DNA of 64,000 nucleotides, from positions 256,001-320,000 of the forward strand of contig CBDDBZ010000037.1 of assembly GCA_965225945.1 (NCBI GenBank), given 5' to 3'. This stretch comes from Alphaproteobacteria bacterium (lineage in GTDB: Bacteria > Pseudomonadota > Alphaproteobacteria > GCA-2731375). This document shows, in pieces, positions 30,596 to 41,193 of this stretch. The translations under genes were made by a program, and so were the position numbers. How positions within the stretch are numbered: position 1 is the first letter of the stretch; each line of letters begins with the position of its first letter. The notes beneath the pieces were generated by a model. The model had not been told where the DNA came from. It saw nothing but the letters and a program-made list of their open reading frames with translations, and searched no databases.

Positions 30596-32901
30596 GGTGA
30601 AGTCCTAGACTTGCTGGGAATTTGGTAGGAGGTGCATCCTTCGAGGTGTCGATTCCCACCCGGGCATGGCTGCGCGCCAGCCCAGCACAGGAGGCACCTC
30701 CATGACGAAGAGACTACCCGGAAGCGAGCGCACGCGTGAAGCCTTGAACGACCTGATCGAAGGGCGCGCCCGCGTGGTCGACGCGAAGAGTGAATTGGTG
30801 CGGTTGGCGACGCGGTTGATCATCGAGGAAGGCTTGGAGGCCGAGGTGCGCGACGCCCTGGGCCGGGACTATTACGAGCACGGTTCCGAGCCTGGCCGAG
30901 GTTACCGGAACGGTTCGCGCGAAGGTCATCTGAAGACGGCCGAGGGGCGGATCAGGTATGCGGCGCCGCAGGTCGCCGGGACGGACGAACCGTTCCGTTC
31001 GGATCTGCGAGCGCAGCTGAAGGGTCATTCCGAGGGCCTGGAGGATTTAGCCGTGGAGATGCTGGCGCGCGGTCTCTCGGTGCGCGACATCGAAGATGCC
31101 TTCAGGGAAGAAAGTGGGCGCTTGCTGCTGTCGCGCACGGCGGTCTCGGAGATGGGGGAGCGGCTCTGGGCGGACTACCTCGGCTTCGCCAAGCGCGACC
31201 TTAGCGAGTTCGAGATCGCCTACCTCTTCGTCGACGGCATCGCCGAGCGGCTGCGGGCCGGGCAGAGGCGAGAGCCGGTGCTGGCGGCCTGGGGCTTCAC
31301 GCTCGAGGGCAAGAAGGTTCTCCTGCATCTGATGGCGGGCTCGAAGGAGGACAACGAGACCGTCTCCGCGTTCTTCCAGGACATGCGCAGCCGAGGCCTG
31401 GGCGATCCTCTCCTGATCGCCTCCGACGGCGCGCCTGGCATTATCAAGGCGATCGAGATTTGTTTTCCCAGGAGCGCGCGCCAACGCTGCCTCGCGCACC
31501 GGATGAGGAACTTGGCGGCGAAGGTGCCCGAGGATCTCTGGCCGGAGTTCAAGGCCCGCGCCCAAGCGGCCTACCAGGCCCCCTCGCGCGCCATCGCCCG
31601 CGATCTGGCCGAGGGCGTGGTGCGTGACTGGGAGCGCGAGCTGCCCTCGGCGGTGGCCTGTTTCCTGGATGATTTCGAGGCCTGCATCGCGCACCTGCGC
31701 ATGCCGGTCAATCACCGCCGGGCGATCCGCACCACCAACCTGCTGGAGAGATTGTTCGGGGAGGAGCGCCGGCGCTTGAAGATCATCCCCAACGCCTTCG
31801 GCGAAAAGCCGCCCGATGTACGTGAAGCTCCATGGTTGATCGATGAGCTTGTTCCAGGCTTCGCAGCAGGAGGTGATGATCTGCTCGTCGGATTGGAGAC
31901 CAAGATGGACAGCCAGCATGAACTGCCAGATGTTTTCGGTCGGATTGAGCTCCGGCGAGCGTGGTGGCAGGGGCAGGAGGGTAACGTTGGCGGGGATCTT
32001 CAGCTTGTCCGTGATGTGCCAACCCGCCTGATCGAGGAGCAGGAGGGCATGCGCGCGCGCGCCTACCCGGGAGGAGATCTCCTCCAGATGCGCTGCATCG
32101 CAGTGGGGGAGCACGAGGGCGGCGCCGACGCCGCGTTCGGGACAGATGGCGCCGAAGATATAGGCTGATTTGGTGCGCTGGTCATGCGGTGCGCGGGGCC
32201 GGGTTCCGCGCCGCGCCCAGCGCCGAGTGATCTTGTTCTTCTGGCCGACACGGGCTTCGTCCTGCCACCAGATTTCTATCTCGGTGCCGGCGGGCAGGCG
32301 CCGGCCCGGCGGGGAATTTTTTTTAAAATCCTCGATGGCCCTCCTCCTGGGCATGGTGGCGCGGACGCGCCGTCATCCGTGAAGCCCATCGCCTTCAATT
32401 CCCGGACCGTGGTCTCGTCGAGCGAGAGGAACATATCCCGGATCCAGCCCGCCAGATCCTTCAGCCGCCAGCGCACCACGCCGTCGACCGCCGGGTTCGG
32501 CCCCGCATCGACGCGTGCCCCCAGCGCCTGGCGGTGCATCGTCGAGCTTCGCCACCGCACCCGCCTTGCGATCGAGCAACACCCAATCTCGGATCACCTG
32601 AATGGCCGGTCCGTGCCGCATCCGTCCGCCGCCCACCGTCATTGTTCGGGGAGGAGCGCCGGCGCTTGAAGATCATCCCCAACGCCTTCGGCGAAAAGGC
32701 GGTACTGAAGCTCATGTTCGGTGCCATGAGCCGCGCCGCCGAGCGATGGAAAGCAGTCAAGGTCACCGTCTTCGAGCGGCGCCAGATGGACGCCGTCAGG
32801 AAGGAACTCGATCAGGAATACCAAGCCCAGCTGGAACTACCAGAACAGGCCTCGACGGAGGCAACCCCGGAGAAAATTCCCAGCAGAATCCGGACTTGAC
32901 C
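30596..32901 (+). mobile_element. IS256 type A, copy 3, containing an 830-bp IS630-like insert
   Basis: Both IRs present; 8-bp TSD TCGGCTCG; insert at 31809-32640. Confidence 0.92.
31809..32640 (-). pseudogene. Indel-riddled internal fragment of IS630 type A
   Basis: Colinear with ~60300-61225 but with many short deletions; no IS630 ends. Confidence 0.85.
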
Positions 32902-33563
32902 TCGGCTCGAAGCACCGAGGCGACGTTTTGCCGTTCTATAGGGCACGAACACGATATCGTCCTGGTCCCTGCCGGATCCCGACTGTCCCTTGGGTGAAAG
33001 GAGACCGATCACCTTCACCGGCGTGTTGAGAATACGCACCTCGCGACCGATGGGATCGGCACCGGCGAACAGGCGTTCGGCGACCGTCGCGCCGATCAAC
33101 GCGACCTTGCGGGCACCGGTCTCGTCGCGCCGGGAAAAGCCACGACCCGAGGCGAGCGGCCAGTCCCGGATGAAGAAATAGCCCGCCGTCGTTCCGTTGA
33201 TGCGGCTGGGCCAGTTCCGGTTGCCGTGGATCACGCGGGCGCGCAGTTGGAGCGAGGGCGCGGCCGCGATCACCGCGGGGAGGGTCGCGGCCACGACCTC
33301 GGCGTCCGCGACCGTCAGGGTCACCGGCCGCGCGCGTTCGCCCCCTGGCCCGAGCGCACCGCGTTCCGCGCCGGGCAGGATCATCAAGACGTTGGCGCCG
33401 AGCGATCGGATCTGTTCCGCGATTCGTGCCTGGGCGCCGGCGCCGACCGAGAGCATCGTGATCAGCGCGCCGACGCCGATGACGATGCTCAGCACGGCCA
33501 GGAGACTTCTGAGCCGGTTCGCGCGAATCGAGCGGACGGCATCGTGCAGGTTCTGCCAAGTCC

Positions 33564-34271
33564 TCACGCCACCGCCTCCAACCGACCGTCGGAGGTGATG
33601 GTGCCGTCGCTGAGTCGGATCACGCGGTCGGCCCAAGCGGCAACGCTCGGATCATGCGTTACCACTAGGACGGTACGGCCCTTGGCGCATTCCCCCCTCA
33701 GCAGACCCAGTATCTGGCCGCTCGTCGCGGTGTCCAACGCACCCGTCGGCTCGTCGGCGACGATCAGCTGGGGATCTCCGATCAGGGCCCTCGCGATGGC
33801 CACGCGTTGCTGCTCGCCGCCGGACAATTCGTTCGGGTATGCCTCGGCCCGCGACGACAGCCCCACGGCGGCGAGGGCGGCCTCGGCCCGACAACGGCGT
33901 TCCTTGCGCCGGACGCCGCGATAAATCAGCGGCAACTCCACGTTCCCGAGCCCGCTCCGGCGCGCCATGAGATGATAGGCCTGGAAGACGAAACCGATGT
34001 GATGGTTGCGCAATCTCGCCTGGGAATCGGCGGAAAGGGACGATGTGTCTCTACCCCGGAAGTAAAGGCTACCGCTGCTCGGGCGATCGAGCAGTCCGAT
34101 CAGATTCATCAGGCTGGTCTTGCCCGACCCCGAAGGCCCCATGACGGCGACGAACTCGCCGCCGGAGATCGTGAGAGAGGTTTCGCGAAGCGCGGTGACG
34201 GCGCCCTTGCCCTCGCCATAGCGCTTGGTTATGCCGATCGCCTCGATCGGCGCGTGGGAAAGGCGGGCCAT
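33564..34271 (-). CDS. ABC transporter ATP-binding protein (MacB/LolD-like)
   Basis: GPSGSGKT, LSGGEQQRV and ADEPTGALD motifs. Confidence 0.96.
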   Translation of the reverse strand: MARLSHAPIEAIGITKRYGEGKGAVTALRETSLTISGGEFVAVMGPSGSGKTSLMNLIGLLDRPSSGSLYFRGRDTSSLSADSQARLRNHHIGFVFQAYHLMARRSGLGNVELPLIYRGVRRKERRCRAEAALAAVGLSSRAEAYPNELSGGEQQRVAIARALIGDPQLIVADEPTGALDTATSGQILGLLRGECAKGRTVLVVTHDPSVAAWADRVIRLSDGTITSDGRLEAVA

Positions 34272-35650
34272 CAGAAGCGAATTCCAAACAGACGCGACCC
34301 CCTCGCGGCCGGGAGCTCGCCGGTAATCACCTTTTCGCCTTCCGCCAGTTGCTCGTCGAGCACCGCCACGTCGCGCCCGTTGTCCGGCCCGAGACGCACA
34401 CGGCGCGGCTCCGGCCGGCCGTCACCGAGAACCCAGACGGTATGCTCGGCCTCGCCATCGGCGATGGATGGCTTGCGGTCCTCGATCGTCGTGCGGGCCG
34501 AAGGAGTGAAGCCGAGAGCCGCGAGGGGAATGATCGGCGCGGCATCGCTCTCCTGGATCGCGATGCGGACCGTCGCGGTCATGCCGGGGAGAAGCAGACC
34601 CTTCGGGTTCGACGCCTCCAGCACGACCGTATAGGCGACGACACCCGGAACGGTCACGGCCGCCTTGCGAATGTCGCCGACGCGAGCGGCAAAAGCGCGG
34701 CCGGCGAAGGCGTCCACGGAAAACGCCGCGCTCTGCCCGGTCGCGATCTTCGCGATGTCCGTCTCGTCGACGCTGGCGTGGATCACCAATTTCGATAGAT
34801 CCCCGGCAATGGTGAACAGCACGGGCGCATCGAGGCTCGCGGCGACCGTCTGGCCCTGCTCGACGTTTCGGCCGACCACGACCCCGTCGATCGGCGCGCG
34901 GATCGTGCTTCGCTCAACGTCGAGACGGGCAAGCGTCACGGCCGCCCGGCGCAGCGGCAGGGCGGCCTCGGCGTTCGCCAATTCGGCCTCCGCCTCGCGC
35001 CGACCGGCCCGAGTGGCGGCGATGACGTGCTCATGGGCCTCGGCGGTGGCCTTGGCCTCCCGCACCTCGGCACCCGCCGCGTCGCGGTCGGCACGTGTCT
35101 CCTCGAGCGTGGACTTCGAGGTCGTACCGCGCTTCGAGAGCTCGTCGATCCTCGCGTGCTTGTTGCTGGCGGCTTGCGAGCGAACGCGGGCTCGATCCAG
35201 TCGGGCGGCGAAAATTCGCCGCCGCACGAGGGATTCCTGCGCGACGCCCCGGGCCCTATCGAGCTTGGCCTCCAAGAGCGCCACGTTTTCACGCGCCATC
35301 GCCACCTCGGCCTCGGCCTGAACGAGGCGCGCGCGAAAACCTCTCTGGTCGAGTTCCGCCAGGGCCTGGCCGCTGGCGACGACGTCGTTGAAGTCCGCGT
35401 GCAGCCGGGCGACCTGTCCGGAGAGCTGCGAGCTCACCTCGACGGTGACGACGGCGCGGAGCGACCCCGTGGCGGTGATGGTCTGTCGGATCCACCCGGT
35501 CGTGACCGTCGCGGTTCGGTAGAGCTCGACCGGCTTCGACTCGAGCGCGTCCTCGACCGCGGCCACGACCCACGCGAACTCGTTGCCGCTCCACGCGCCG
35601 GCGCCGAATAGGGTCGTCGAGAACACCGCGATGAACACGAAGAGCTTCAT
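34271..35650 (-). CDS. Efflux periplasmic adaptor (MacA-like)
   Basis: VEVSSQLSGQV, IRAPIDGVV, VDETDI and LLPGMTA motifs. Confidence 0.93.
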   Translation of the reverse strand: MKLFVFIAVFSTTLFGAGAWSGNEFAWVVAAVEDALESKPVELYRTATVTTGWIRQTITATGSLRAVVTVEVSSQLSGQVARLHADFNDVVASGQALAELDQRGFRARLVQAEAEVAMARENVALLEAKLDRARGVAQESLVRRRIFAARLDRARVRSQAASNKHARIDELSKRGTTSKSTLEETRADRDAAGAEVREAKATAEAHEHVIAATRAGRREAEAELANAEAALPLRRAAVTLARLDVERSTIRAPIDGVVVGRNVEQGQTVAASLDAPVLFTIAGDLSKLVIHASVDETDIAKIATGQSAAFSVDAFAGRAFAARVGDIRKAAVTVPGVVAYTVVLEASNPKGLLLPGMTATVRIAIQESDAAPIIPLAALGFTPSARTTIEDRKPSIADGEAEHTVWVLGDGRPEPRRVRLGPDNGRDVAVLDEQLAEGEKVITGELPAARGSRLFGIRF

Positions 35651-35701
35651 GGCCGGGCCTTCCAGGACATGGTGCGCGCGGCGGGGCCGCGATTGCGTCA
35701 T

Positions 35702-36253
35702 TCAGGCATGGATCAGAGCCAGGCACCCGGTCGGGCTGGTGATCTTCCCGTGCCTGCTGCCAGCTGGCGAAAACTGGTAATCGCCGGCCTTTACCACCGT
35801 GTTGCCCACCACATATTCGCCCTCGATGACGAACGCATGCTCGTCTCGCGCATGTTTGTGGGCAGGGATCACGGCGCCCGGCTCGCACCGCAGCAGATAG
35901 ACGCTTTCGCCCGTCCGGTCGTCGCCGTACAGGATTTTCATCCAAACCTTGCCGCCAAACAGCACCTTCTTGACGACATTGTCGGCCAATTTAACCCACT
36001 CGCCCTCTTCCGCGCGAAGCGTGTCGATGGGCTCGCACGGCAGTTCGCCGATCCGCGCCTCGATGGAATCGAGCAAGCTTTCCGGCGGGTCGACCGGCGG
36101 CAGAAGAGTTGCGAGCGCCGACAGCACTTCGTCATCGCTTGGCGCGCCGTCGGCGAGATCGGGTCGCGTACCCGGCACATTGGGCGCCGGCGCTTCTTCG
36201 CGGCGGAACAGTCGTTCCAGATTGGATCGGGTGGTGGGGCGGGCGTCGGTCAT
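35702..36253 (-). CDS. ChrR-like cupin anti-sigma factor
   Basis: PPESLLDSIEARI anti-sigma helix; PAHKH..EH.FVIEG..GD..H cupin; coupled to the sigma stop codon. Confidence 0.85.
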   Translation of the reverse strand: MTDARPTTRSNLERLFRREEAPAPNVPGTRPDLADGAPSDDEVLSALATLLPPVDPPESLLDSIEARIGELPCEPIDTLRAEEGEWVKLADNVVKKVLFGGKVWMKILYGDDRTGESVYLLRCEPGAVIPAHKHARDEHAFVIEGEYVVGNTVVKAGDYQFSPAGSRHGKITSPTGCLALIHA

Positions 36254-36852
36254 TCCAGCGCCTCCTTCAAGGCGGCCAGACCACGTCGCACCCAACTCTT
36301 GGCGGTTCCGACGGGTATGTCCAAAACACAGGCGAGCTCCGAATGGGTGTAGCCGTGAAAATAAGTCAACATGAGGGCGCGCCTGAAATCGGGTCTGAGC
36401 TCGGCGAGCACGCGGCGCACCGCAATCGCCTCGGGAAGGGCATCGGCCACGTTCGACTCGTCGGCGATATCGGGAACCTCATCGGTGAAGGTGATGAAAC
36501 CGCGCGCCCGCTCGACCCTGAGGCGATCGATGGCGCGATTGCGCGCGATCGCCGCCATCCAGGCGAGCGGGTTGCCTTTCTCGGAATCGAAGGCATTCGC
36601 GTTCTTCCAAATCGAGATATAGACCTCCTGCGCCACTTCCTCCGCCATCTCCCGGTCCCGCAGAATCGCCATGACGACGCCGAACACGAAGCGCGCGCTC
36701 AGGTCGTAGAGCCGGCGAAACGCCGTCCGGTCGCCATTCGCGGAGGCCTCGATCAGTTCCGCGGAACGCCGCCGCTGTTCCGGTTCTCCCGTCCGGATGT
36801 CATCGCCTCCGTCACGTTCCGCACTCGGCGCCAGATGGTTCACGACAGTCAC
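36250..36852 (-). CDS. ECF sigma-70 factor
   Basis: AEEVAQEVY..W, WMAAIARNRAID and PVGTAKSWVRRGL motifs. Confidence 0.95.
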   Translation of the reverse strand: MTVVNHLAPSAERDGGDDIRTGEPEQRRRSAELIEASANGDRTAFRRLYDLSARFVFGVVMAILRDREMAEEVAQEVYISIWKNANAFDSEKGNPLAWMAAIARNRAIDRLRVERARGFITFTDEVPDIADESNVADALPEAIAVRRVLAELRPDFRRALMLTYFHGYTHSELACVLDIPVGTAKSWVRRGLAALKEALE

Positions 36853-36994
36853 GGATGTTTGCCCCGGCTAAATCGATTTCGCCCATTCACCAGCAATTAC
36901 GGCACGCGGCGGGAAACGGATGCAAGCTTCGGAAAATAATCATCGTGCCCCGACGTCGGCCACGACACGGTCCGGTTAGGGCCGTATCGATCGA

Positions 36995-37654
36995 TCATGA
37001 GCCGTCGCCGCCCACGGTCCCTCGCAAGACTACGGGGCCGGAGGGAACCTTCAAGATCGAGCCGCCCCGGGGCTCCTCGCTGAGCATCAACTCGTCACCC
37101 GCCCGCAGGGCTTGCGCGAGCGGCAGGATGGTCGTCCCACCCTTTGCGCTCAGTAGCCCCAGCGATCTCGGGACGGCCTCGTCTTCGGCCAGCAGCCACA
37201 ACTCGAGATCTCGATCCGCTCTCGCCGTGGGGCCACCATATTGCAGCCTGAGATATCGCCCGCCCTCCGATTTCCGCACGTGGAGCAGACGGGTCTCATC
37301 GGTTCCGGCCAGGATCGCCATCGCCGCCATCTCGCCGCTCTCCGGGGTGATCGGAAGCGCCATCGTCATCAAGAAGACGGACGCGGCTATCGCGGCTCCG
37401 AGAAGTCCGCCAAGCACCATTCGCCAACCCGCCCCAGCTCGGCCATGCGCCGTTCCCTCGGCGCGTCTGGCCTGTTCGATCTGATCGATAGAAGCCTCGA
37501 TCCCGGCAAGCAATCCCACCGGCGGCATGGCGCGCGGTAGGCCTTCGAGCAGGGGCACGAGGGGACCGAGATCGGGTGTGGCACGCCCCGACGCGCGCCC
37601 GAACGGGATGCGGTGCAAGCAGTCAAAGAGTCGGGTTTCACACCTGGAGTTCAT
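36995..37654 (-). CDS. RskA-like anti-sigma factor domain protein
   Basis: TM segment, DLELWLL, PRSLGLL and SEEPRGGS..PSGPVV motifs; start uncertain. Confidence 0.8.
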   Translation of the reverse strand: MNSRCETRLFDCLHRIPFGRASGRATPDLGPLVPLLEGLPRAMPPVGLLAGIEASIDQIEQARRAEGTAHGRAGAGWRMVLGGLLGAAIAASVFLMTMALPITPESGEMAAMAILAGTDETRLLHVRKSEGGRYLRLQYGGPTARADRDLELWLLAEDEAVPRSLGLLSAKGGTTILPLAQALRAGDELMLSEEPRGGSILKVPSGPVVLRGTVGGDGS

Positions 37655-37907
37655 CCCTAGGCTCCATGTACCAGGCATCGTCGGAGCAGAAGAATTTTCG
37701 GTTGGTTGGTCATGTAATTGTCTACGCATTGCGGCTTCGAAGAGTTGCAGCCCGACAACTGGTTTCCATTTCTCGTCCACGGCCCCAAGCATGCATCGAC
37801 GCCACGGTCCCACCGCGCGTCTCGTTCCGCGCCGGCACGCGGGGTACTGCATCCGATCATCCGACCGCGACGTAGCGTCAATGAGAACGAAGGGACGGGA
37901 GGCAAGC

Positions 37908-39071
37908 GTGGCTCATTTCATCGCGATCATCGATCGAGGCGCGCGACTGTCGTTGGTCGCGGCGATTCTGTCGTTGGTCGTCCCCTTGGTTCCCGTCGGC
38001 GGCGCCGAGGCACATGAGCTGCGCCCGGCGATCTTTTCCGTGACCATCGAGGAGGCGGGAAACGTCCGGCTGCGCGCCTCGATCAATCTGGAGGCGCAAA
38101 TCGCCGGCATCGGTTCGGAGCATTCCAACACCCGGGACTCGGACAGGGCCCCCATTTATGATCGATTGCGCGCCACCACCCCGGAGGCACTCCGCGAGGC
38201 ATTCCTGCCCCTGGCGCCGGGCCTGATCGCGGGCCTGAACCTGTCGTTCGACGACGAGCGGGTCGAGCTCGCGATCGAGCGGATCGACATCCCGGCGATC
38301 GGTGATCCCTCGATGGTACGCACGTCTCTTTTGACGCTGCGGGCGCGCGCGCCCTCGGGTGCCACGACGATGCGCTGGGCGGCCGATGCCCGCTTCGGCG
38401 CCAACGTCATACGCGCCGAGAAGGACGGCTCGGCCGAGCCGTCCTTCTCGGCTTTCCTGCGCCCCGGCGAAACCAGCGAGGCGATCCCGCTCGACGGCGC
38501 CGTGGCTGAAGCCAAGGGGACCGACTTCTTCCAGTACCTCTCGATCGGCTTCGAGCACATCGTGCCGAAGGGCCTCGACCACATCTTGTTCGTCGTCGGT
38601 CTGTTTCTCCTCAGTTCGCGTCCGCGGCCGCTGCTTTGGCAGGTGACGAGCTTCACCCTGGCGCACACGGTGAGTTTGGCGTTCGGCGTCTACGGTCTGA
38701 TCGCTATTCCCTCGGCGATCGTCGAGCCCCTGATCGCGGCATCGATCGCCTTCATCGCGGTCGAGAAACTCTTCACCGATCGGCTCCGGCGTTGGCGTCC
38801 GGCCGTCGTCTTCGCCTTCGGCCTGCTGCACGGACTGGGTTTCGCCGGGGTCTTGGCGGAGATCGGGCTGCCGCGCGATCAGTTTCTGGCCTCGCTCCTC
38901 GCCTTCAATCTCGGCGTCGAATTGGGCCAGATCGCCGTGCTCGCAACCTGCTTCCTGGCCGTCGGCCTATGGTTTCGACAACGCCACTGGTATCGCCGCG
39001 CGATCACGATGCCGGCCTCGATCATGATCGCCGTCGTCGCGTCGTTTTGGTTCGTCGAACGGATGGTCTGA
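37908..39071 (+). CDS. HupE/UreJ family protein with N-terminal periplasmic domain
   Basis: AEAHE, GFEHIVPKGLDHILF, FTLAHTVSL, FGLLHGLGFA and FNLGVELGQ motifs; GGAGG RBS. Confidence 0.92.
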   Translation: MAHFIAIIDRGARLSLVAAILSLVVPLVPVGGAEAHELRPAIFSVTIEEAGNVRLRASINLEAQIAGIGSEHSNTRDSDRAPIYDRLRATTPEALREAFLPLAPGLIAGLNLSFDDERVELAIERIDIPAIGDPSMVRTSLLTLRARAPSGATTMRWAADARFGANVIRAEKDGSAEPSFSAFLRPGETSEAIPLDGAVAEAKGTDFFQYLSIGFEHIVPKGLDHILFVVGLFLLSSRPRPLLWQVTSFTLAHTVSLAFGVYGLIAIPSAIVEPLIAASIAFIAVEKLFTDRLRRWRPAVVFAFGLLHGLGFAGVLAEIGLPRDQFLASLLAFNLGVELGQIAVLATCFLAVGLWFRQRHWYRRAITMPASIMIAVVASFWFVERMV

Positions 39072-39189
39072 TCGCATTCGAATTTCGCCGAAGTTCGGCG
39101 CGCGCCCGGTGGCATGCATCGCAACCGGCGTTTGAAGGCTCGAGGCTTCGTGCTTCGAGTCCCTGGCACGAATTGAGCAGGAGGTTTCG

Positions 39190-41193
39190 ATGTCGACGAA
39201 GCGTCATGACGCCAAGCGGCGTGGGTTCCCGACCGGCGCGATTTCCGTCCTCGCCATTGTGCTCTCATCGGGGTCATGGACGTCGATGTCGATCGCCGGA
39301 CCGCATCCGCTCGACCCGCTGTCGAGCCGAGAGATATCTGAGACCGTCGGCGTCATTGCGGCGACCGGCGACGTCGATCGCACCACTCGAGCCGCGATCA
39401 TCACGCTGAAGCAGCCGAACAAGGCGGACGTGCTCCGTTGGCGAGAAGGAGAGCGAGTGTCGCGCAAGGCTTTCGCCGTTCTCCGCGTCAAGGGAAAGAC
39501 CATCGAGACCGTCGTCGATCTGGCGACCAAGACACTCGAAAGCTGGTCCGTGATCGAAAACGCGCAGCCGCCGATCCTGAGCAGCGAATGGGCGCGGGCC
39601 CAAGCTCTGGTCAAGCAGGATGCGCGTTGGCGCGACGCCATGCGGGCGCGGGGCTATCAAAATTTCGACGATCTGTTTTGCGATTCCCTGTCGGCCGGGT
39701 ACTTCGGCTCGGCCGAAGAGCAGGGCCGGCGTCTGCTCAAGATGCCCTGCTACGACGTCTCGGGCGCCCGTACCAACATCTATGCCCGACCGATCGAAGG
39801 CGTCATCACGACGGTCGATCTCGACGCGGGGAGCGTCGTGCGCGTCGAGGACGAAGGCGTGGTGCCGGTCGGCGAGAGGCTGCACGAGTTCGGCGACCAG
39901 GCCGCCCGAGGGCTTTCCCCATCGCCCGACCACGTGGTGAGCCCGCCACCCGACGATTGGGCCCTGAGGCTCGACGGGCGCATCGTCTCCTGGCGGGACT
40001 GGTCGTTTCACCTGGGCTTCGACCAGCGCTTCGGCCCGATGCTTTCGCTGGTCAGACATCACCAGGGCGGCGAGGCGCGTTCCGTTCTCTATCAGGCCCA
40101 CGTCTCGGAAATATTCGTGCCCTACATGGAACCGTCCCCGGCCTGGTCCTTTCGGACTTACATGGACGCGGGCGAGTACGGGCTCGGGACCTTGTCGTCG
40201 AGCTTGAGGCCCGGCATCGACTGCCCGAGGAACGCGGTCTATTGGGACGCGACGCTCGCGACGCCGAGCGGGCGCGCGCGGCGGCGCCATTCCGTGATCT
40301 GCATCTTCGAGCGGAACCGCGACGAACCGCTCTGGCGTCATTCGGAGGCCTTCAACAAGGCCTACGCGGGGCGTCCGGCGAGGGAGTTGATCGTCCGCTC
40401 GATCCCGGCAATCGCCCATTACGACTACGTCATCGACTGGGTGTTCCAGCAAAGCGGTACGATCGAGATACGGATCGGCGCGACCGGCATCGACGCCGTG
40501 AAGGCGGCCACCGTGGCAAGCATGTCGGAACCCGGCGCGGCGGAAAATGCCATGCACGGATCGCTGGTCGCGCCGGGTCTCCTCGCCATCAGCCACGATC
40601 ACTATTTCTCGATCCGCCTCGATTTCGACATCGACGGCCCAGTCAATCGCTTCGCGCGGCAACGGCTGGCGCGAGTGACGCTGCCCCGCGATAACCCTCG
40701 GCGCAGCATTTGGCGCCTCCAGGACGACCCCATGCGGATCGAGGGGGCCGTTCCCAATGGGCGTGGGCCACAGGTTTGGCGCATCGAGAATCCGTCCGTC
40801 ACGACGAAACTCGGTCACCACCCGAGCTATCAGATCCAGGGGCAGGGTCCGACCTCGCTACTGGCGCCAAGCGACTGGCCGCAGAGGCGCGCCGCCTTTT
40901 CCGCCAGCAATCTCTGGATCACCGCGCGTCGGGAGGGTGAACTTCATGCGGCCGGTCCTTACCCGAACCAATCGCTGGGTGGCGAAGGTTTGCCGTCCTA
41001 TGCGAATGGGGAGTCCATCGAGGAGACCGATCTGGTGGCCTGGTACACGATGGGTTTCCACCATGTAACGAGGCCCGAGGATTGGCCGGTCCTCTCGACA
41101 GTCTGGCGGACCGTAACGCTGAGACCATTTGGTTTCTTCACGAGGAATCCGAGCCTGGACATTTCGGCGCGACCCCGACGTGACCCGAGCTGA
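39190..41193 (+). CDS. Copper-containing primary amine oxidase (TynA-like)
   Basis: Signal peptide; HPLDPL, catalytic YMDAGEYG, HYDY cofactor site, HDH and GFHH..RPEDWP motifs. Confidence 0.93.
   Translation: MSTKRHDAKRRGFPTGAISVLAIVLSSGSWTSMSIAGPHPLDPLSSREISETVGVIAATGDVDRTTRAAIITLKQPNKADVLRWREGERVSRKAFAVLRVKGKTIETVVDLATKTLESWSVIENAQPPILSSEWARAQALVKQDARWRDAMRARGYQNFDDLFCDSLSAGYFGSAEEQGRRLLKMPCYDVSGARTNIYARPIEGVITTVDLDAGSVVRVEDEGVVPVGERLHEFGDQAARGLSPSPDHVVSPPPDDWALRLDGRIVSWRDWSFHLGFDQRFGPMLSLVRHHQGGEARSVLYQAHVSEIFVPYMEPSPAWSFRTYMDAGEYGLGTLSSSLRPGIDCPRNAVYWDATLATPSGRARRRHSVICIFERNRDEPLWRHSEAFNKAYAGRPARELIVRSIPAIAHYDYVIDWVFQQSGTIEIRIGATGIDAVKAATVASMSEPGAAENAMHGSLVAPGLLAISHDHYFSIRLDFDIDGPVNRFARQRLARVTLPRDNPRRSIWRLQDDPMRIEGAVPNGRGPQVWRIENPSVTTKLGHHPSYQIQGQGPTSLLAPSDWPQRRAAFSASNLWITARREGELHAAGPYPNQSLGGEGLPSYANGESIEETDLVAWYTMGFHHVTRPEDWPVLSTVWRTVTLRPFGFFTRNPSLDISARPRRDPS

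Larger units (their letters stand above)
30015..33567 (-). pseudogene. MacB-type ABC permease interrupted by IS256
   Basis: NRLRSLL..GVGA N-terminal half (33567-32902) and SLVVGGISIMNIMLVSV..REIGLRLALGA C-terminal half (30595-30015). Confidence 0.92.
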
